Shown here: in pieces, positions 12,137-25,390 of the stretch
Layout: every line of letters starts with the position of its first letter
Position numbering within the stretch: the first letter of the stretch is position 1
NCBI RefSeq assembly: GCF_036365525.1
Contig: NC_090382.1
Location: 111,820,372 to 111,884,371 of the forward strand
Length of the DNA stretch: 64,000 bases
DNA from: Heterodontus francisci
Taxonomy: Eukaryota
Reading direction: 5' to 3'
Program-made: the position numbers and the translations under genes
The notes under the pieces: generated by a model
Database searches by the model: none
What the model saw: the letters and a program-made list of their open reading frames with translations, nothing else
What the model was told of the DNA's origin: nothing

Positions 12137-12479
12137 AGCCTTGAAAGAAACATGGCTGCTACTGGATAGTCCATGGCAATCAGATATTCACAGATATAAA
12201 ATTGGGAAGTTTCATATGGAAGCAAAATGGAAAAAGTGGTAACCTTATTAACCGAATGCATTATTCCAGAAGAAGCAAGATACGTTTCTCTGAAGGAAGG
12301 TTTTGCTTACAAGGGTCCTCTGGGCTGAGTTAAGCATTAGCAAATTGAAAGAAATTGAATAACACAAAGCGTTCAATGTCAGAGCAGATCTGGATAAGTC
12401 AATAAATTGGCTGATTTCATCACAGAACACAAAGGTTATGTAAATGAGTGGCATCCACCCCATAGGAATTGTCATAGAA

Positions 12480-14087
12480 TGGCTTGATTGATGCATCAGA
12501 GGTATTGTCCATTTTGTTAACTACATTTCAGGATGAAACAATGGGTCTACCAGGGCAGACTTATTGTTGGTTTTGGGAAGGAGGAAAAAGTGGGCTCTAC
12601 AAGTTCGGGGAACAATGAGGTTTGAGATTGAAGAGCAATGATCTTCAGAGGAAATTAGGTCAGTGACGATCCAGGTAACAATGGTTTTATATTCAGAAAT
12701 GACACCATGGTTCAGGGGAAGGTAAGAACGACGCGTTGGAGAGTTTGCATTTGGCCTCTGCCAGGTAGAGCTTGGTATGGCAGACAACAGCGATACCACC
12801 CTTGTCAACACGTTTGATGACGATGTTAGCATTGGAACTGAGGGAAAGGAGTACTGCAAATTCAGAAGCAGATAGGCTAGAGCGAGGAAAGGGAGCAGAG
12901 AAATTGGGATAGCTGATGCCATGCTGTGAGTTCTCAATAAACTATCAAGGGAGGGTAAGAGGAGAGACGGAAGGGTTCAGGTAAAGGGGGCATCTTAGAG
13001 ATGAGTAAAAGGATCCACTGAGTAGGCGGTAGACTCATGGCCAATTAAGTCAAAGAAGTGGGCATGGAGGCAGCAGCAATGAAAGAAGAGCTCATGCCGA
13101 GCTTGAAATTCACTGAGGTCGGGGCGGAGGGGGTGAAGCTGAATCCTCTACCGAGGACAGATCGTTCAGAGTCGGTGAGGGAAATTAAAGAGAATAGAGT
13201 GAATAAACAGCAAGGGGTGAAATTCGAAGAAGAGATGGGGTCAGAGGGAGGGGAAGGGGAAGAAAGATTCAGAGGAGTGTTGATGCCAATGTATTGCTGA
13301 AGCTTGTGATCCTTCACACATAAAAGGAGGATAAAATGTTTTTAGTTAAAGCGCCAGAAGTGAGGGATGAAATGAAACTATGGGACAGGGCAGTTTTGGG
13401 ATAGAATGAGTCAGTGCTGCTTAAGAGAGAGGTCGAGAGCGGACATGTGGCAGTGCATGGCATTGAGAGCGCATTTTGGGATGCAACAAGAACAGCAGTT
13501 TGAGGAATTCTGATTGTCTCGAATATATCTGTAATCGTGGCTGGATTCAAAACACAAGAGTCTTGGAATCCAGGTGGAATAAGCTGGAGGAAGTTGCCGA
13601 GGAAGGAGATGTGGCTGTTATAGCGATTTCTGCTAGATCCCTGATCAAAGACAACAAGGGAAATGTGGCTGTGAAAACATTTTTTGGTAGATAACTGAAT
13701 TTAAAAAAATAAGGCAGATATAAAGCAATGAAGGCAAAAAAGGTAGCAGAAAAACTACAATCCCATAAGAGAAAAGAGCAGAATTTCTTGAAGATAGGCA
13801 CATTGCTGGAAGAGAAGTGACAGTGAATTAAGCAATAATACAAAAGCGAAATACTGTGCATGCTGGAAATCTGAAATAAAAACATAGAATGCTGGAAAGA
13901 CACAGCAGGTCAGGCAGCATCTGTGGAGAGAAAAACAAAGTAAACGTTTCAAGATCGCGACCTTTCATTAAAACCGCGAAAAGTTAGATATCTAATATGT
14001 TTTGAGAAAGTAAAAGGGGACAGCGGGGAAGATGAACAAAAGTAAAGATCTGTAATAGGGTGGAGGGCAGGAGAGATTAAGTGACAA
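12480..14087 (-). mobile_element. Decayed Penelope-like element (pLTR + N-terminal/RT start)
   Basis: Minus-frame remnants LTDSERSVLGRGFSFTP and RAHFFLLPKT.. are typical of the PLE ORF N-terminus. pLTR lies at ~13830-14087. Confidence 0.75.
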
Positions 14088-14299
14088 TTTCCACTGCGTG
14101 GAGTCATACCTAGCAGAAAGGAAGGTGGTTTTGGCTGTTGGAGGCCAATCATTTCAGCCTCAGGACATCGCTGCAGGAGTTCCTCAGGGTTCAGTGTTCA
14201 GAACCATTGGCAACTCCTCAGATACTGAAGCAGTCCAGCAGTCCACGTCTACTTGCAGCGAGACTCGACAGCATTTAGCCTTGTGTTGGTAAGTGGCAA

Positions 14300-15406
14300 T
14301 ATTTTCTTTTGTCCTTCATGAGATGCGAGCGTCTCTGGCAAGGCCAGCATTTGTTGCCCACCCATCATGTTTCTTATTTGTTCATGGGATGTGGCCATCG
14401 CTGACTAGGTCAGCATTTCTTCCCCATCCGTAATTGCGCTTGGGAAAATGGTAGTGAATTGCTTTCTCAAACCGCTGCTACCTTGGGGTATAGGTATACC
14501 CAGAGTGCTGTTAGGAAGGGGATTACAGGATTTTGACACAGTGACAATGAAGGGACAGTGATATAGTTCCAAGTCGGGATGGTGTGTGGCTTGGAGGGGA
14601 ACTTGTAGCTGGTGGCGTTTCCATGCTACGGCTGCCTTTGTCCTTCTAAGTGGTAGAGGTCGTGGGTTTGTAAGGTGCTGTGAAAGGATCCTTGGTGAGT
14701 TGCTGCGGTGCATCTTGTGGATGGTACATTTTGCTGCCACTGTGCATTCGTTGTGAAGGGAGTGAATGTTGAAGGTGGTGGAAGGGGTGCCAACTAAGCA
14801 GGCTGCTTTGGCTGGATGGTGTCGAGCTTCTTAAGTGCTGTTGAAGCTGCACCCATTCAGGCAAGTTGAGAGTATTTCATCACACTCCTGACTTGTGCCT
14901 TGTAGATGGTGGACAGGATCTGGGGAGTCAGGAGGTCAGTTACTCGCTACAGAATTCCCAGCCTCTGACCTGCTCATGCAGCCACAGTGTTTATCTGACT
15001 GCTCCAGTTAAGTTTCTAGTCAATGATAACCCCCATGATGTTGATAGTGGGATATTCAGCGATGGAAATGCCATTTAACCTTAAGTGGAGGTGGTTATAT
15101 TCTCTCTTGTTTGAGATGGTGATTGCCTGACACTTGTGTGTCAATGTTACTCGCCACTTATCAGCCCAAGAATGAATGTTGTCCAGATCTTGTTGCATAT
15201 GACATGGACTGCTGCAGTATCTGAGAAGTTGTGAATGTTACTGAATGTCATACATTCATCAGCAAACATAACCACTTCTGATCTTATGATGGAGGGATGG
15301 ACATTGATGGTTGGGCCTAGAACAGTCCCCTGAGGAACTCCTGCAGCAATATCCTGGGGCTGAGATGTTTGGCCTCCAACAACCACAACAATCTTCCTTT
15401 GTTCTA
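14300..15406 (-). mobile_element. Decayed LINE (unit B copy of 1462-2579)
   Basis: Near-collinear with 1462-2579. Frames read GVPQGTVLGP and VMFADE. Confidence 0.75.
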
Positions 15407-17229
15407 ACCATCCCACCAGGATGGTTTGAGGGCTCTCCGCTTCTTCCTGGAACAGAGGCCCAACCAGTCCCCATCCACCAACACCCTCCTCCGCCTGGCT
15501 GAACTTGTTCTCACATTGAACAACTTCTCCTTCAACTCCATGCATTTCCTTCAAGTAAAAGGTGTCGCTATGGGTACCCGCATGGGTCCTAGTTATGCCT
15601 GTCTTTTTGTGGGATATGTCGAGCATTCTTTGTTCCAGTCCTACTCAGGCCCCCTCCCCCAACTCTTTTTCCGGTACATTGATGACTGTATCGGTGCCGT
15701 TTCCTGCTCCCGCCCAGAACTAGAAAACTTTATCAACTTTGCTTCCAATTTCCACCCTTCTCTCACCTTTACATGGTCCATCTCTGACACTTTCCTTCCC
15801 TTCCTCGACTTCTCTGTCTCCATCTCTGGGGATAGGTTGTCTACCAATATCCATTATAAGCCCACTGACTCCCACAGCTACCTCGACTACACTTCTTCAC
15901 ACCCTACCTCCTGTAAGGACTCCATTCCATTCTCCCAGTTTCTCCGTCTCCGACGCATCTGCTCTGATGATGCTACCTTCCATGACGGTGCTTCTGATAT
16001 GACCTCCTTTTTCCTCAACCGAGGATTTCCCCCCACTGTGGTTGACAGGGGCCTCAACCGTGTCCGACCCATTCCCCGCACCTCTACCCTCACCCCTTCC
16101 CCTCCCTCCCAGAACCGTGACAGGGTTCCCCTTGTCCTCACCTTTCATCCCACCAGCCTCCATATCCAAAGGATCATCCTCTGCCATTTTCGCCACCTCC
16201 AGCGTGATGCCACTACCAGTCGCATCTTCCCCTCCCTTCCCCTGTCAGCATTCCGAAGGGATCATTCCCTCCGCAACACCTTGGTCCACTCCTCCATTAT
16301 CCCCACCACCTCGTCCGCGTCCCAGGGCACCTTCCCTTGCAATCGCAGGAGGTGTAATACCTGCCCATTTACCTCCTCTCTCCTCACTATCCCAGGCCCC
16401 AAACACTCCTTTCAGGTGAAGCAGCGATTTACTTGTACTTCTTTCAATGTGGTATACTGTATTCGCTGCTCACAATGTGGTCTTCTCTACATTGGGGAGA
16501 CCAAGCGCAGACTGGGTGACCGCTTTGCGGAACATCTCCGCTCAGTCCGCAAGCAGGACCCTGAGCTTCCGGTTGCTTGCCATTTCAACACTCCCCCTGC
16601 TCTCATGCTCACATCTCTGTCCTGGGATTGCTGCAGTGTTCCAGTGAACATCAACGCAAGCTCGAGGAACAGCATCTCATCTACCGATTAGGCACACTAC
16701 AGCCTGCCGGACTGAACATTGAGTTCAATAATTTCAGAGCATGACAGCCCCCTACTTTACTTTCATTTTTAGTCATTTTTAGTTATATTTTCTTCCTTTT
16801 TTTTTTACATTCCTTTTTACATTTTGTACAATCTTTTTTTGCATTTATTTCATTTCATCTTAGTTTGTTCAGTTTGCTTACCCACTGTTTTTTTCAGGTT
16901 GTTTTTCTTCAGGTGTGCACTTGCTGCTGTTCAATATTCAGTATATTCACACCTAATCTGTACTAATGCTTTGTCTTTCAAAACACCATTAACATATTGT
17001 TTGCCTTGGCTCCGGGACCTTTTGGTCAGCTATGTGGTCTGGTCCAATCTGTACCTTCTCCTTTGTTATCTCTTGCCCAACCCCCACCTCACTTGTTTAT
17101 AATCTGTGACTTTTCTAATATTTGTCAGTTCCGAAGAAGGGTCACTGACCCGAAACGTTAACTCTGCTTCTCTTTCCACAGATGCTGCCAGACCTGCTGA
17201 GTGATTCCAGCATTTCTTGTTTTTGTTAA
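15407..17229 (+). mobile_element. Young 5'-truncated Penelope-like retroelement (Neptune type; RT + GIY-YIG endonuclease + pLTR)
   Basis: ORF 15426-16691 has GVAMGTRMGPSYA, RYIDD, FLD, the Cys motif PCNRRRCNTC and VYCIRCSQCGLLYIGETKR. A frameshift near 16595 moves the native C-terminus (RKLEEQHLIYRLGTLQPAGLN) to another frame ending at 16744. 9-bp TSD tttgttcta (15398-15406, 17230-17238). Absent in units A and C. Confidence 0.93.
17127..17163 (+). ncRNA. Minimal type I hammerhead ribozyme motif in the PLE terminal repeat
   Basis: agtt-CCGAAGA-a-gggtca-c-tgaccc-GAAACGTT-aact. Stems I and II are present with a palindromic loop-less stem III, as known for PLE hammerheads. The core has C at the canonical U4. 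Confidence 0.7.
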
Positions 17230-17247
17230 TTTGTTCTAGGTCTGACT

Positions 17248-20200
17248 CATTGATGAATTAGACGAGGGAACTAAATGTAATGATTTACTTGAGGGAACTA
17301 AATGTAATATCTCCAAATTTGCAGATGACACAGATCTGGGTGGGAGGGTGTGATGTGAGGAGGATGCAGAGAGGCTTCAAGGTGATTTGGACAAGTTGAG
17401 TGAGTGGGCTAATGCATGGCAGATGCAGTATAATTTGAATTAGAATTAGAACATTACAGCGCAGTACAGGTCCTTCGGCCCTCGATGTTGCGACGACCTG
17501 TGAAACCATCTGACCTACACTATTCCATTTTGCTCCATATGTCTATCCAATGACCACTTAAATGCCCTTAAAGTTGGCGAGTCTACTACTGCTGCAGGCA
17601 GGGAGTTCCACGCCCCTACTACTCTCTGAGTAAAGAAACTACCTCTGACATCTGTCCTATATCTATCACCCCTCAACTTAAAGCTATGTCCCCTCGTGAT
17701 TGCCATCACCATCCGAGGAAAAAGACTCTCACTCTCCACCCTATCTAACCCTCTGATTATCTTATATGTCTCTATTAAGTCACCTCTCCTCCTCCTTCTC
17801 TCAAACGAAAACAACCCCAAGTCCCTCAGCCTTTCCTCGTAAGACCTTCCCTCCATACCAGGCAACATCCTAGTAAATCTCCTCTGCACCCTTTCCATAG
17901 CTTCCACATCCTTCCTATAATGCGGTGACCAGAACTGCACGCAATACTCCAGGTGCGGTCTCACCAGAGTTTTGTACAGCTGCAGCATGACCTCGTAGCT
18001 CCGAAACTCGATACCCCTACTAATAAAAGCTAACACACCATACGCCTTCTTAACAGCCCTATTAACCTGGGTAGCAACCTTCAGGGATTTATGCACCTGG
18101 ACACCAAGATCTCTCTGTTCATCTACACTACCAAGAATGTTCCCATTAGCCCAGTACTCTGCATTCCTGTTACTCCTTCCAAAGTGAATCACCTCGCACT
18201 TTTCCGCATTAAACTCCATTTGCCATCTCTCAGCCCAGCTCTGCAGCCTATCTATGTCCCTCTGTACCCTACAACATCCTTCGGCACTACCCACAACTCC
18301 ACCGACCTTAGTGTCATCCGCAAATTTACTAACCCACCCTTCTACACCCTCTTCCAGGTCATTTATAAAAATGACAAACAGCAGTGGCCCCAAAACAGAT
18401 CCTTGCGGTACACCACTAGTAACTAAACTCCAGGATGAACATTTGCCATCAACCACCACCCTCTGTCTTCTTTCAGCTAGCCAATTTCTGATCCAAAGCT
18501 CTAAATCACCTTCAACCCCATACTTCCGTATTTTCTGCAGTAGCCTACCGTGGGGAACCTTATCAAATGCCTTACTGAAATCCATATACACCACATCCAC
18601 GGCTTTGCCCTCATCCACCTGTTTGGTCACCTTCTCAAAAAACTCAATAAGGTTTGTGAGGCACGACCTACCCGTCGCAAAACCGTGCTGACTATCGCTA
18701 ATGAACTTATTCTTTTCAAGATGATTATAAATTCTGTCTCTTATAACCTTTTCCAACATTTTACCCACAACCGAAGTAAGGCTCACAGGTCTATAATTAC
18801 CAGGGCTGTCTCTACTCCCCTTCTTGAATAAGGGTACAACATTTGCTATCCTCCAGTCTTCCGGCACTACTCCTGTCGACAATGACGACATAAAGATCAA
18901 GGACAAAGGCTCTGCAATCTCCTCCCTAGCTTCCCAGAGAATCCTAGGGTAAATCCCATCTGGCCCAGGGGACTTATCTATTTTCACACTTTCCAAAATT
19001 GATAACACCTCCTCCTTGTGAACCTCAATCCCATCTAGCCTAGTAGCCTGAATCTCAGTATTCTCCTCGACAACATTTTCTTTCTCTACTGTAAATACTG
19101 ATGCAAAGTATTCATTTGACACTTCCCCTATCTCCTCTGATTCCACACACAACTTCCCACTACTATCCTTGATTGGCCCTAATCTAACTCTAGTCATTCT
19201 TTTATTCCTGATATACCTATAGAAAGCCTTAGGGTTTTCCCTGATCCTATCAGCCAATGACTTCTCGTGTCCTCTCCTTGCTCTTCTTAGCTCTCCCTTT
19301 AGATCCTTCCTGGCTAGCTTATAGCTCTCAAGCGCCCTAACTGAGCCTTCACGTCTCATCCTAACATAAGCCTTCTTCTTCCTATTGACAAGCACTTCAA
19401 CTTCTTTAGTAAACCACGGCTCCCTCGCTCGACAACTTCCTCCCTGCCTGACAGGTACATACTTATCAAGGACACGCAGTAGCTGCTCCTTGAATAAGCT
19501 CCACATTTCGATTGTTCCCATCCCCTGCAGTTTCCTTCCCCATCCTACGCATCCTAAATCTTGCCTAATCGCATCATAATTTCCTTTCCCCCAGCTATAA
19601 TTTTTGCCCTGCGGTATATACCTGTCCCCGCCCATCGCTAAGGTAAACCTAACCGAATTGTGATCGCTATCACCAAAGTGCTCACCTACATCTAAATCTA
19701 ACACCTGGCCGGGTTTATTACCCAGTACCAAATCCAATGTGGCATCGCCCCTGGTTGGCCTGTCTACATATTGTGTCAGAAAACCCTCCTGCACACACTG
19801 GACAAAAACTGACCCATCTAAAGTACTCGAACTATCGTATTTCCAGTCGATATTTGGAAAGTTAAAGTCCCCCATAACAACTACCCTGTTACTCTCGCTC
19901 CTGTCGAGAATCATCTTAGCTATCCGTTCCTCTACATCTCTGGAACTTTTTGGAGGTCTATAAAAGACTCCCAACAGGGTGACCTCACCTCTCCTGTTTC
20001 TAACCTCGGCCCATACTACCTCAGTAGACGAGTTCTCAAACGTCCTTTCTGTCGCTGTAATACTCTCCTTGATTAACAATGCCACCACCACCACCACCCC
20101 CCCACCTCCCCCCCCCCCCTCTTTTACCATCTTCTCTGTTCTTACTGAAACATCTAAATCCTGGAACCTGCAACATCCATTCCTGCCCCTGCTCTACCCA

Positions 20201-21320
20201 TGTCTCCGAAATGGCCTCTACATCGAGATCCCAGGTACCAACCCATGCTGCAAGCTCACCCACCTTATTCCGGATGCTCCTGGCGTTGAAGTAGACACAC
20301 TCTAAACCAGGTTCTTGCTTGCCAGTGCCCTCTTGCGTCCTTGTAACCTTATCCCTGACCTCACTACTCTCAACATCCTGTACACTGGCACGACAATTTA
20401 GGCTCCCATTCCCCTGCTGAATTAGTTTAAACCCCCCCGAAGAGCACTAGCAAATCTCCCCCCATAGGATATTGGTACCCCTCTGGTTCAGGTGAAGACC
20501 ATCCTAATGTGGATAAATGTGAGGTTATCAACTTTGGTAGCAAAAACAGGAAGGCAGATTATTATCTGAACGGCGATAAACTGAGAGAGGGGAATATGAA
20601 GCGAGACCTGGGTGTTCTCATCCAGCAGTCGTTGAAAGTAAGCATGCAGTTGCAACATGCGGTAAAAAAAGGCAAATGGTATGTTGGCCTTCATAGTGAG
20701 CGGATTCGAGCACAGGACCAGCGATGTCTTGCTGCAATTATACAGGGCCTTGGTGAGGCAACACCTGGAATATTCTGTGCAGTTTTGGTCTCCTTGTCTG
20801 AGGAAGGATGTTCTTGCTATCGAGGGAGTCATAGCGAAGGTTTGCCAGACTGATTCCTGGGATGGCAGGACTGATGTATGAGGAGAGATTGAGTCGGTTA
20901 TGATTATATGTGCCGGAGTTCAGAAGAGTGAGGGGGCATCTCATAGAAACCTATAAAATTCTAACAGGACTTGACAGGGTAGATGCAGGTAGGATGTTCC
21001 CGATGGTAGGGGAGTCCAGAACCAGGAGTCATCGTCTAAGCATACACGGTAAACCTTTCAGGACTGAGAATAGGAGCAATTTCTTCACCCTGAGAGTGGT
21101 GAGCTTGTGGAATTCGCTACCACAAAAAGCAGTTGAGGCCAAAACATTGTATGTTTTCAAGTAGGAGTTAGGTATAGTTTTTGGGTCTAAAGGGATCAAA
21201 GGGTATGGGGCTAAAGCAGGAACAGGCTACTCAGTTGGATGATCAGCCATGATCATAATGAGTGGTGGAGCAGGCTCGATGGGCCGATTGGCCTATTCCT
21301 GCTCCTATTTTCTATGTTTC
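17248..21320 (+). mobile_element. Unit B copy of the 1-kb CR1, split by a younger antisense CR1
   Basis: 17248-17434 and 20505-21320 rejoin into the homolog of 2580-3577. Confidence 0.85.
17435..20504 (-). mobile_element. Young CR1 LINE: ORF1 esterase tail + near-intact ORF2 (APE endonuclease + RT)
   Basis: ORF 17515-20130 has MGDFNFP, SDH, YMDFSKAFDKVPH, GVPQGSVLGP and KFADD. The EN N-terminus (CVYFNARSIRNK, ISETW) is frameshifted at a G-rich tract ~20085-20120. ORF1 end DGLHLNQRG..LN* at 20422-20504. (ttctaa)n tail and a 4-bp taat duplication. Confidence 0.93.
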
Positions 21321-22164
21321 TATGACTCGAACCATTGGAGAGTTTTCCCCTTGATTCCCATTGATTTCATTTAGGCTCGGGCTCCTTGATGCTGCACTCG
21401 GACAAATGCTAATTTGCTATCCAGAGCCTCACTCTCACCTCACCTCTTGACTTCAGCTCTTTTATCCGTGTTTGAACCAAGGCTGTTATGAGGTCAGGAG
21501 CCGAATGTTCCTGGCAAAACATTCGTCCCAGACAAGTGTCAGGTAACGACCATGTCCAACAGGAGAGCATCTAACCAAGATTCAATCCAAGTGGTGTAGC
21601 TAGATCCATATGCTGTTGGCAAAGGAGATGTAGTTTTTTTGATCCAGTGACAGAGAAGAAATGGCGATATAGTTCCAAATCAAGTGGATTAGAGGGGAAC
21701 GTACAGGTGGTGGCATTCCCATGCCTCTACTGCCTTTGTCCTTCTAAGGTCACGGCTTAGAAGGTGCTGTCAAAAGAGGCTTGGCAAGTTTCTGCAATGC
21801 ATCTTGTAGATGGTACAGACTGCTGCCACTTTGCACCAATGGTGGAGGGAAGTGATGCTTAAGATTGTGGATGGGGTGCTGGTCAAGCAAGCTGCATTCT
21901 CCTGGACGGTGGCGAGCCTCTTGAAAATTCTGGGAACTGCACTCATTCACGCAAGTGGAAAGTATTCCATGACACTCCTGACGTGTGCCTTGTAGATGGT
22001 TGACAATCCCTGGGGAGGGGTGGGGTGGCTGGAATTGAATTGATCACCACAGAATATTCAGCCTCTGACCTATTCCTGCAGCCACAGTATTTATATGGCT
22101 GGTCCTGTTGAGTGTCTGGTCAATGGTAACCCCCAGGATATTGATGAGGAACGAAGATTGATCA

Positions 22165-23800
22165 ATTATGGATCGTTGTGGGTTCTGCAGAGGTCTTCGA
22201 TGGATAGAGTAGCAACTATTGCTGCAATTGACAAGATAGAAGTGGATGCCAGAAAAAGCAGTTGAGCTTGACAAAGAGGGACACACAGGAACATGACGTG
22301 CTCAGCAGGTACAAAAGATGCAGAGAGATCTGGAGGGGCATTGATAGTTGGTGCGCCATGGTCATAGTCATAGGAAATGTCTTTCGAGATTTTGATGAGA
22401 GATATTTCGATATTGCGGAAGGGAGCACAGAGAACTGCAGAGTTTCATAAATCCAGGAGATAAAACTTTGACGCTGAGAGGAAAATTGGAGATTGGCGGC
22501 ACTTTACAAGAAAAGAAAGTTCAGAGGTTTTTTTTATAAATCTGGGGCGATTCTGTTATTTGCAAGAGGGAGAGGCACAGTGATTGCAGCCAAAAAGAAT
22601 CATTCCCAATGTCAGCGAACATCAGCGTCAGGAAATATTGCGGTTAGTAGGTGCGTGGGAATGGGGTCATGGAAGTGAGAGGTAACTCTCGAATTGGATG
22701 AACTTTTACGGGACCTGGGTGGAAATGAGGGAAGACTAGACAGAAGAAAGAGTGCTGCGGACGGGAGAGTTTTTTTGGGGTAGGCATTGGTTTCATTGGC
22801 AGGAGCAGATGAGGAAGGCCGACAGAAATAATTGGATTGTCTTCACCTTGCTAAAAAAAAATTAAAAGGTGCTGTTTTTTTGGGAGATGCGAATGTGGAT
22901 GTTAAGGAAGGGAGGCAGAAGTAGATTCTTGAGAGTTGAGAAAAGGAGACAAGAATTACCTTCACGCTCCAAAATGATCACGGATTAATGGCTTCTTTTG
23001 GCAGAGGAAATCAAGGCCTTGTCGGTCGAATATGTGTCAGACAGATCTAGTGGTGTCGAAAGTAAAACTGTGGATGGTAAATGACCCAAATAAGTTGATG
23101 GAGATTGTGTTTGCAGTGATCGTAGGACTGGTGGGGCTACGTAAGATGGTGACGTCAAAATAGTAGCCAGTAATGTGATCAAAAGAATTTATAATTACAA
23201 CATGCATGGTTTTGATAAGGGCAGTATCGATACTGTGGGAAGGCGCATCGAGGTCTACAGATTTTCATAAATCCAGGAGATTAAACTTTGGCGTTGCGAG
23301 GAAGAGAGGGAATGCGGTGGGGAGTGCTCATTTCAAGATTTTGAAGTGGAAGGGGAGTCACATTTTGAAGAGGTTCGGAAGATGCCAGAGAAGCGGTGGA
23401 AAAGACGCAGGTCTGATTTAACAATCAGGGCCAACGACGGAACTCACTGGGTCATGGTGGCTGTGATGAACAAAACTCGAAGGAGGGTAGTGAAGTTAGT
23501 CCCGCGGAGGTACCCTGGAACGGGTGGTCATTGATTGTGAAAGATAGTTAGCTGTAACGGCTGCTTTTAAAGAGGTCTTTAAACGTGATTTGCAGAGAAT
23601 GCTGCAAAGCACATAGAAGATCTATCATCTCACAAAGGAGATGATTCAAGCTGAGACAATGACAGGAGCGCCGCAGATCGGGACTCCCTGGAGGCGGTCT
23701 AAACAACAAGTGGAACAGGACACAATTAGTGTCCACGGGTAGAACGCAGAAAACAGAATGTCAGAGATGGGATCATCATCAAGAGCAGATCCAGTAGTAC
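22165..23800 (-). mobile_element. L2 relic, unit B copy
   Basis: Collinear with 4420-6100. Confidence 0.65.
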
Positions 23801-25390
23801 CACATTAGAACGATCCCAGGATGGAAACAAAAACGTCCAAGGAAAATTAGCCTGCAAAGGCAGACTGGATGACGAAATAGGGATAATCCAGCAGATATCA
23901 ATCACTTTGGAAAGTAATGGCGAAAATAAAGACTACTGTATCACACAGAGGCTCGCGGTGAAATGGCATTCAAACCAGTGGAAAACGATTTTCTGCCGAA
24001 AGCAACATTGCTGTACAGCTGGAAAAACAGCAGTACACTGGAATCCAGTTCAGCATCCAATGTAATTCTTGAAGAGATGAAATAATAAAGCAGCTGTATG
24101 GCAATTGAAGATTACGGTGAAGACTAATGCAGGCCAGATGGCGGAATAGTTCAGAAAAACAATGGAAGCAGAGTCGTGGTTCTCCACGTCAGGACAGGAA
24201 AAATACCTAACAGAACCCGGCTGAGCATTGCGCTATTCGGAGGAGGGCGTCTAAGTAGTGGAGACGAGCCTGGATTGGGGCAAGTGGCAATGGATTGCCT
24301 TGAATGAAATTGCGAAGGAGAACTCAGTTGGAAGTTGTCCAGGAACGGACTCCAGAGATGGCCCAAGTTGTGTTCCATGACAATGTAGTTATTTTGCTGT
24401 GCTACCTCAGTGTGGTTGTCATCCATATAGTTTCACTCCGCCAAGTTGCAGTTAAAGTTATTATTTCACAGCCGCTTTGAATTCGCTCACTGATCAAACG
24501 CATTTCAGATAAGCACCTGCATCTGGAAAGATATTCAATTCCCGGACTGTGCATTGAATTGAATTGAATATTCTTGGACGTCGCATATGAACAGTTACCT
24601 CCCGTTTCCTTTGTTGTAGACCAATAAATAGCATCCGATGGCTTGGTTGGTGAAAGCGACATGTTCAATCCGAAACAGCCGAAAAGACGGTCAATCCGGA
24701 ATGTTAATGAATCTGTAAGTAATAATTGTTATTGATGATTCTACTTTCAGAACTTTTATTACATATTTGAGCATTCGCCAGAATCAACGCTGGATATTAT
24801 GCACCGTGCATATTTCTAGGTTGTGGATTAATGGAAATGCAGATTTCAATTGACAATGAATAGAACAGAAGCCTGTGAAAACTTGTAATATATATACATA
24901 ACGAACTGCTCTTACGAAATTCACCATCTTAATGATTTGTTTGTAATAGAAATACATTGCGCATCGTTTTCCATTAAGATTACTAGTTCTTGGGATTTGG
25001 ACATCGCAAGATTCGTAGCTCTGGTAAGGTGGTGGTGAACCTTCTACTTCAAATTCGGCAGTTCCCGTTGACGTCGCGCTTTTATTGGAAGGACTAAAAA
25101 AGGAATTCGTAATTTATATATAAAAGATATATAAGTTCTGTAATTATAGCACATCAGTCCATGCCATTTTATTTAAACCTGGTAAGGGAGGAGGAACCTT
25201 ACACATTATCTCACTAAAATATGAAACAAGGGTTAAGCAATTTGCTAAAGCAACTCGGATAATTTCAGTCGTCTAGAATAGTTCGTTCAGTCAGCTTGTT
25301 CTCGTTGCGATTTGATGAAGAAATAAGTACATTAGACAAAAAAAGTACGGAGTTTGGACAAACGTAGAATAATATAATTAGATGCACGTT

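Larger units (their letters stand above)
1..13735. repeat. Tandem segmental duplication unit A (intron + promoter + Pcdh variable exon 1 + intron)
   Basis: The first bases of the window (aaaaaaggtagcagaaaaactacaatcccataagag) recur at 13736 and 37120. The order of repeats, promoter and exon is collinear among the copies. Confidence 0.92.
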
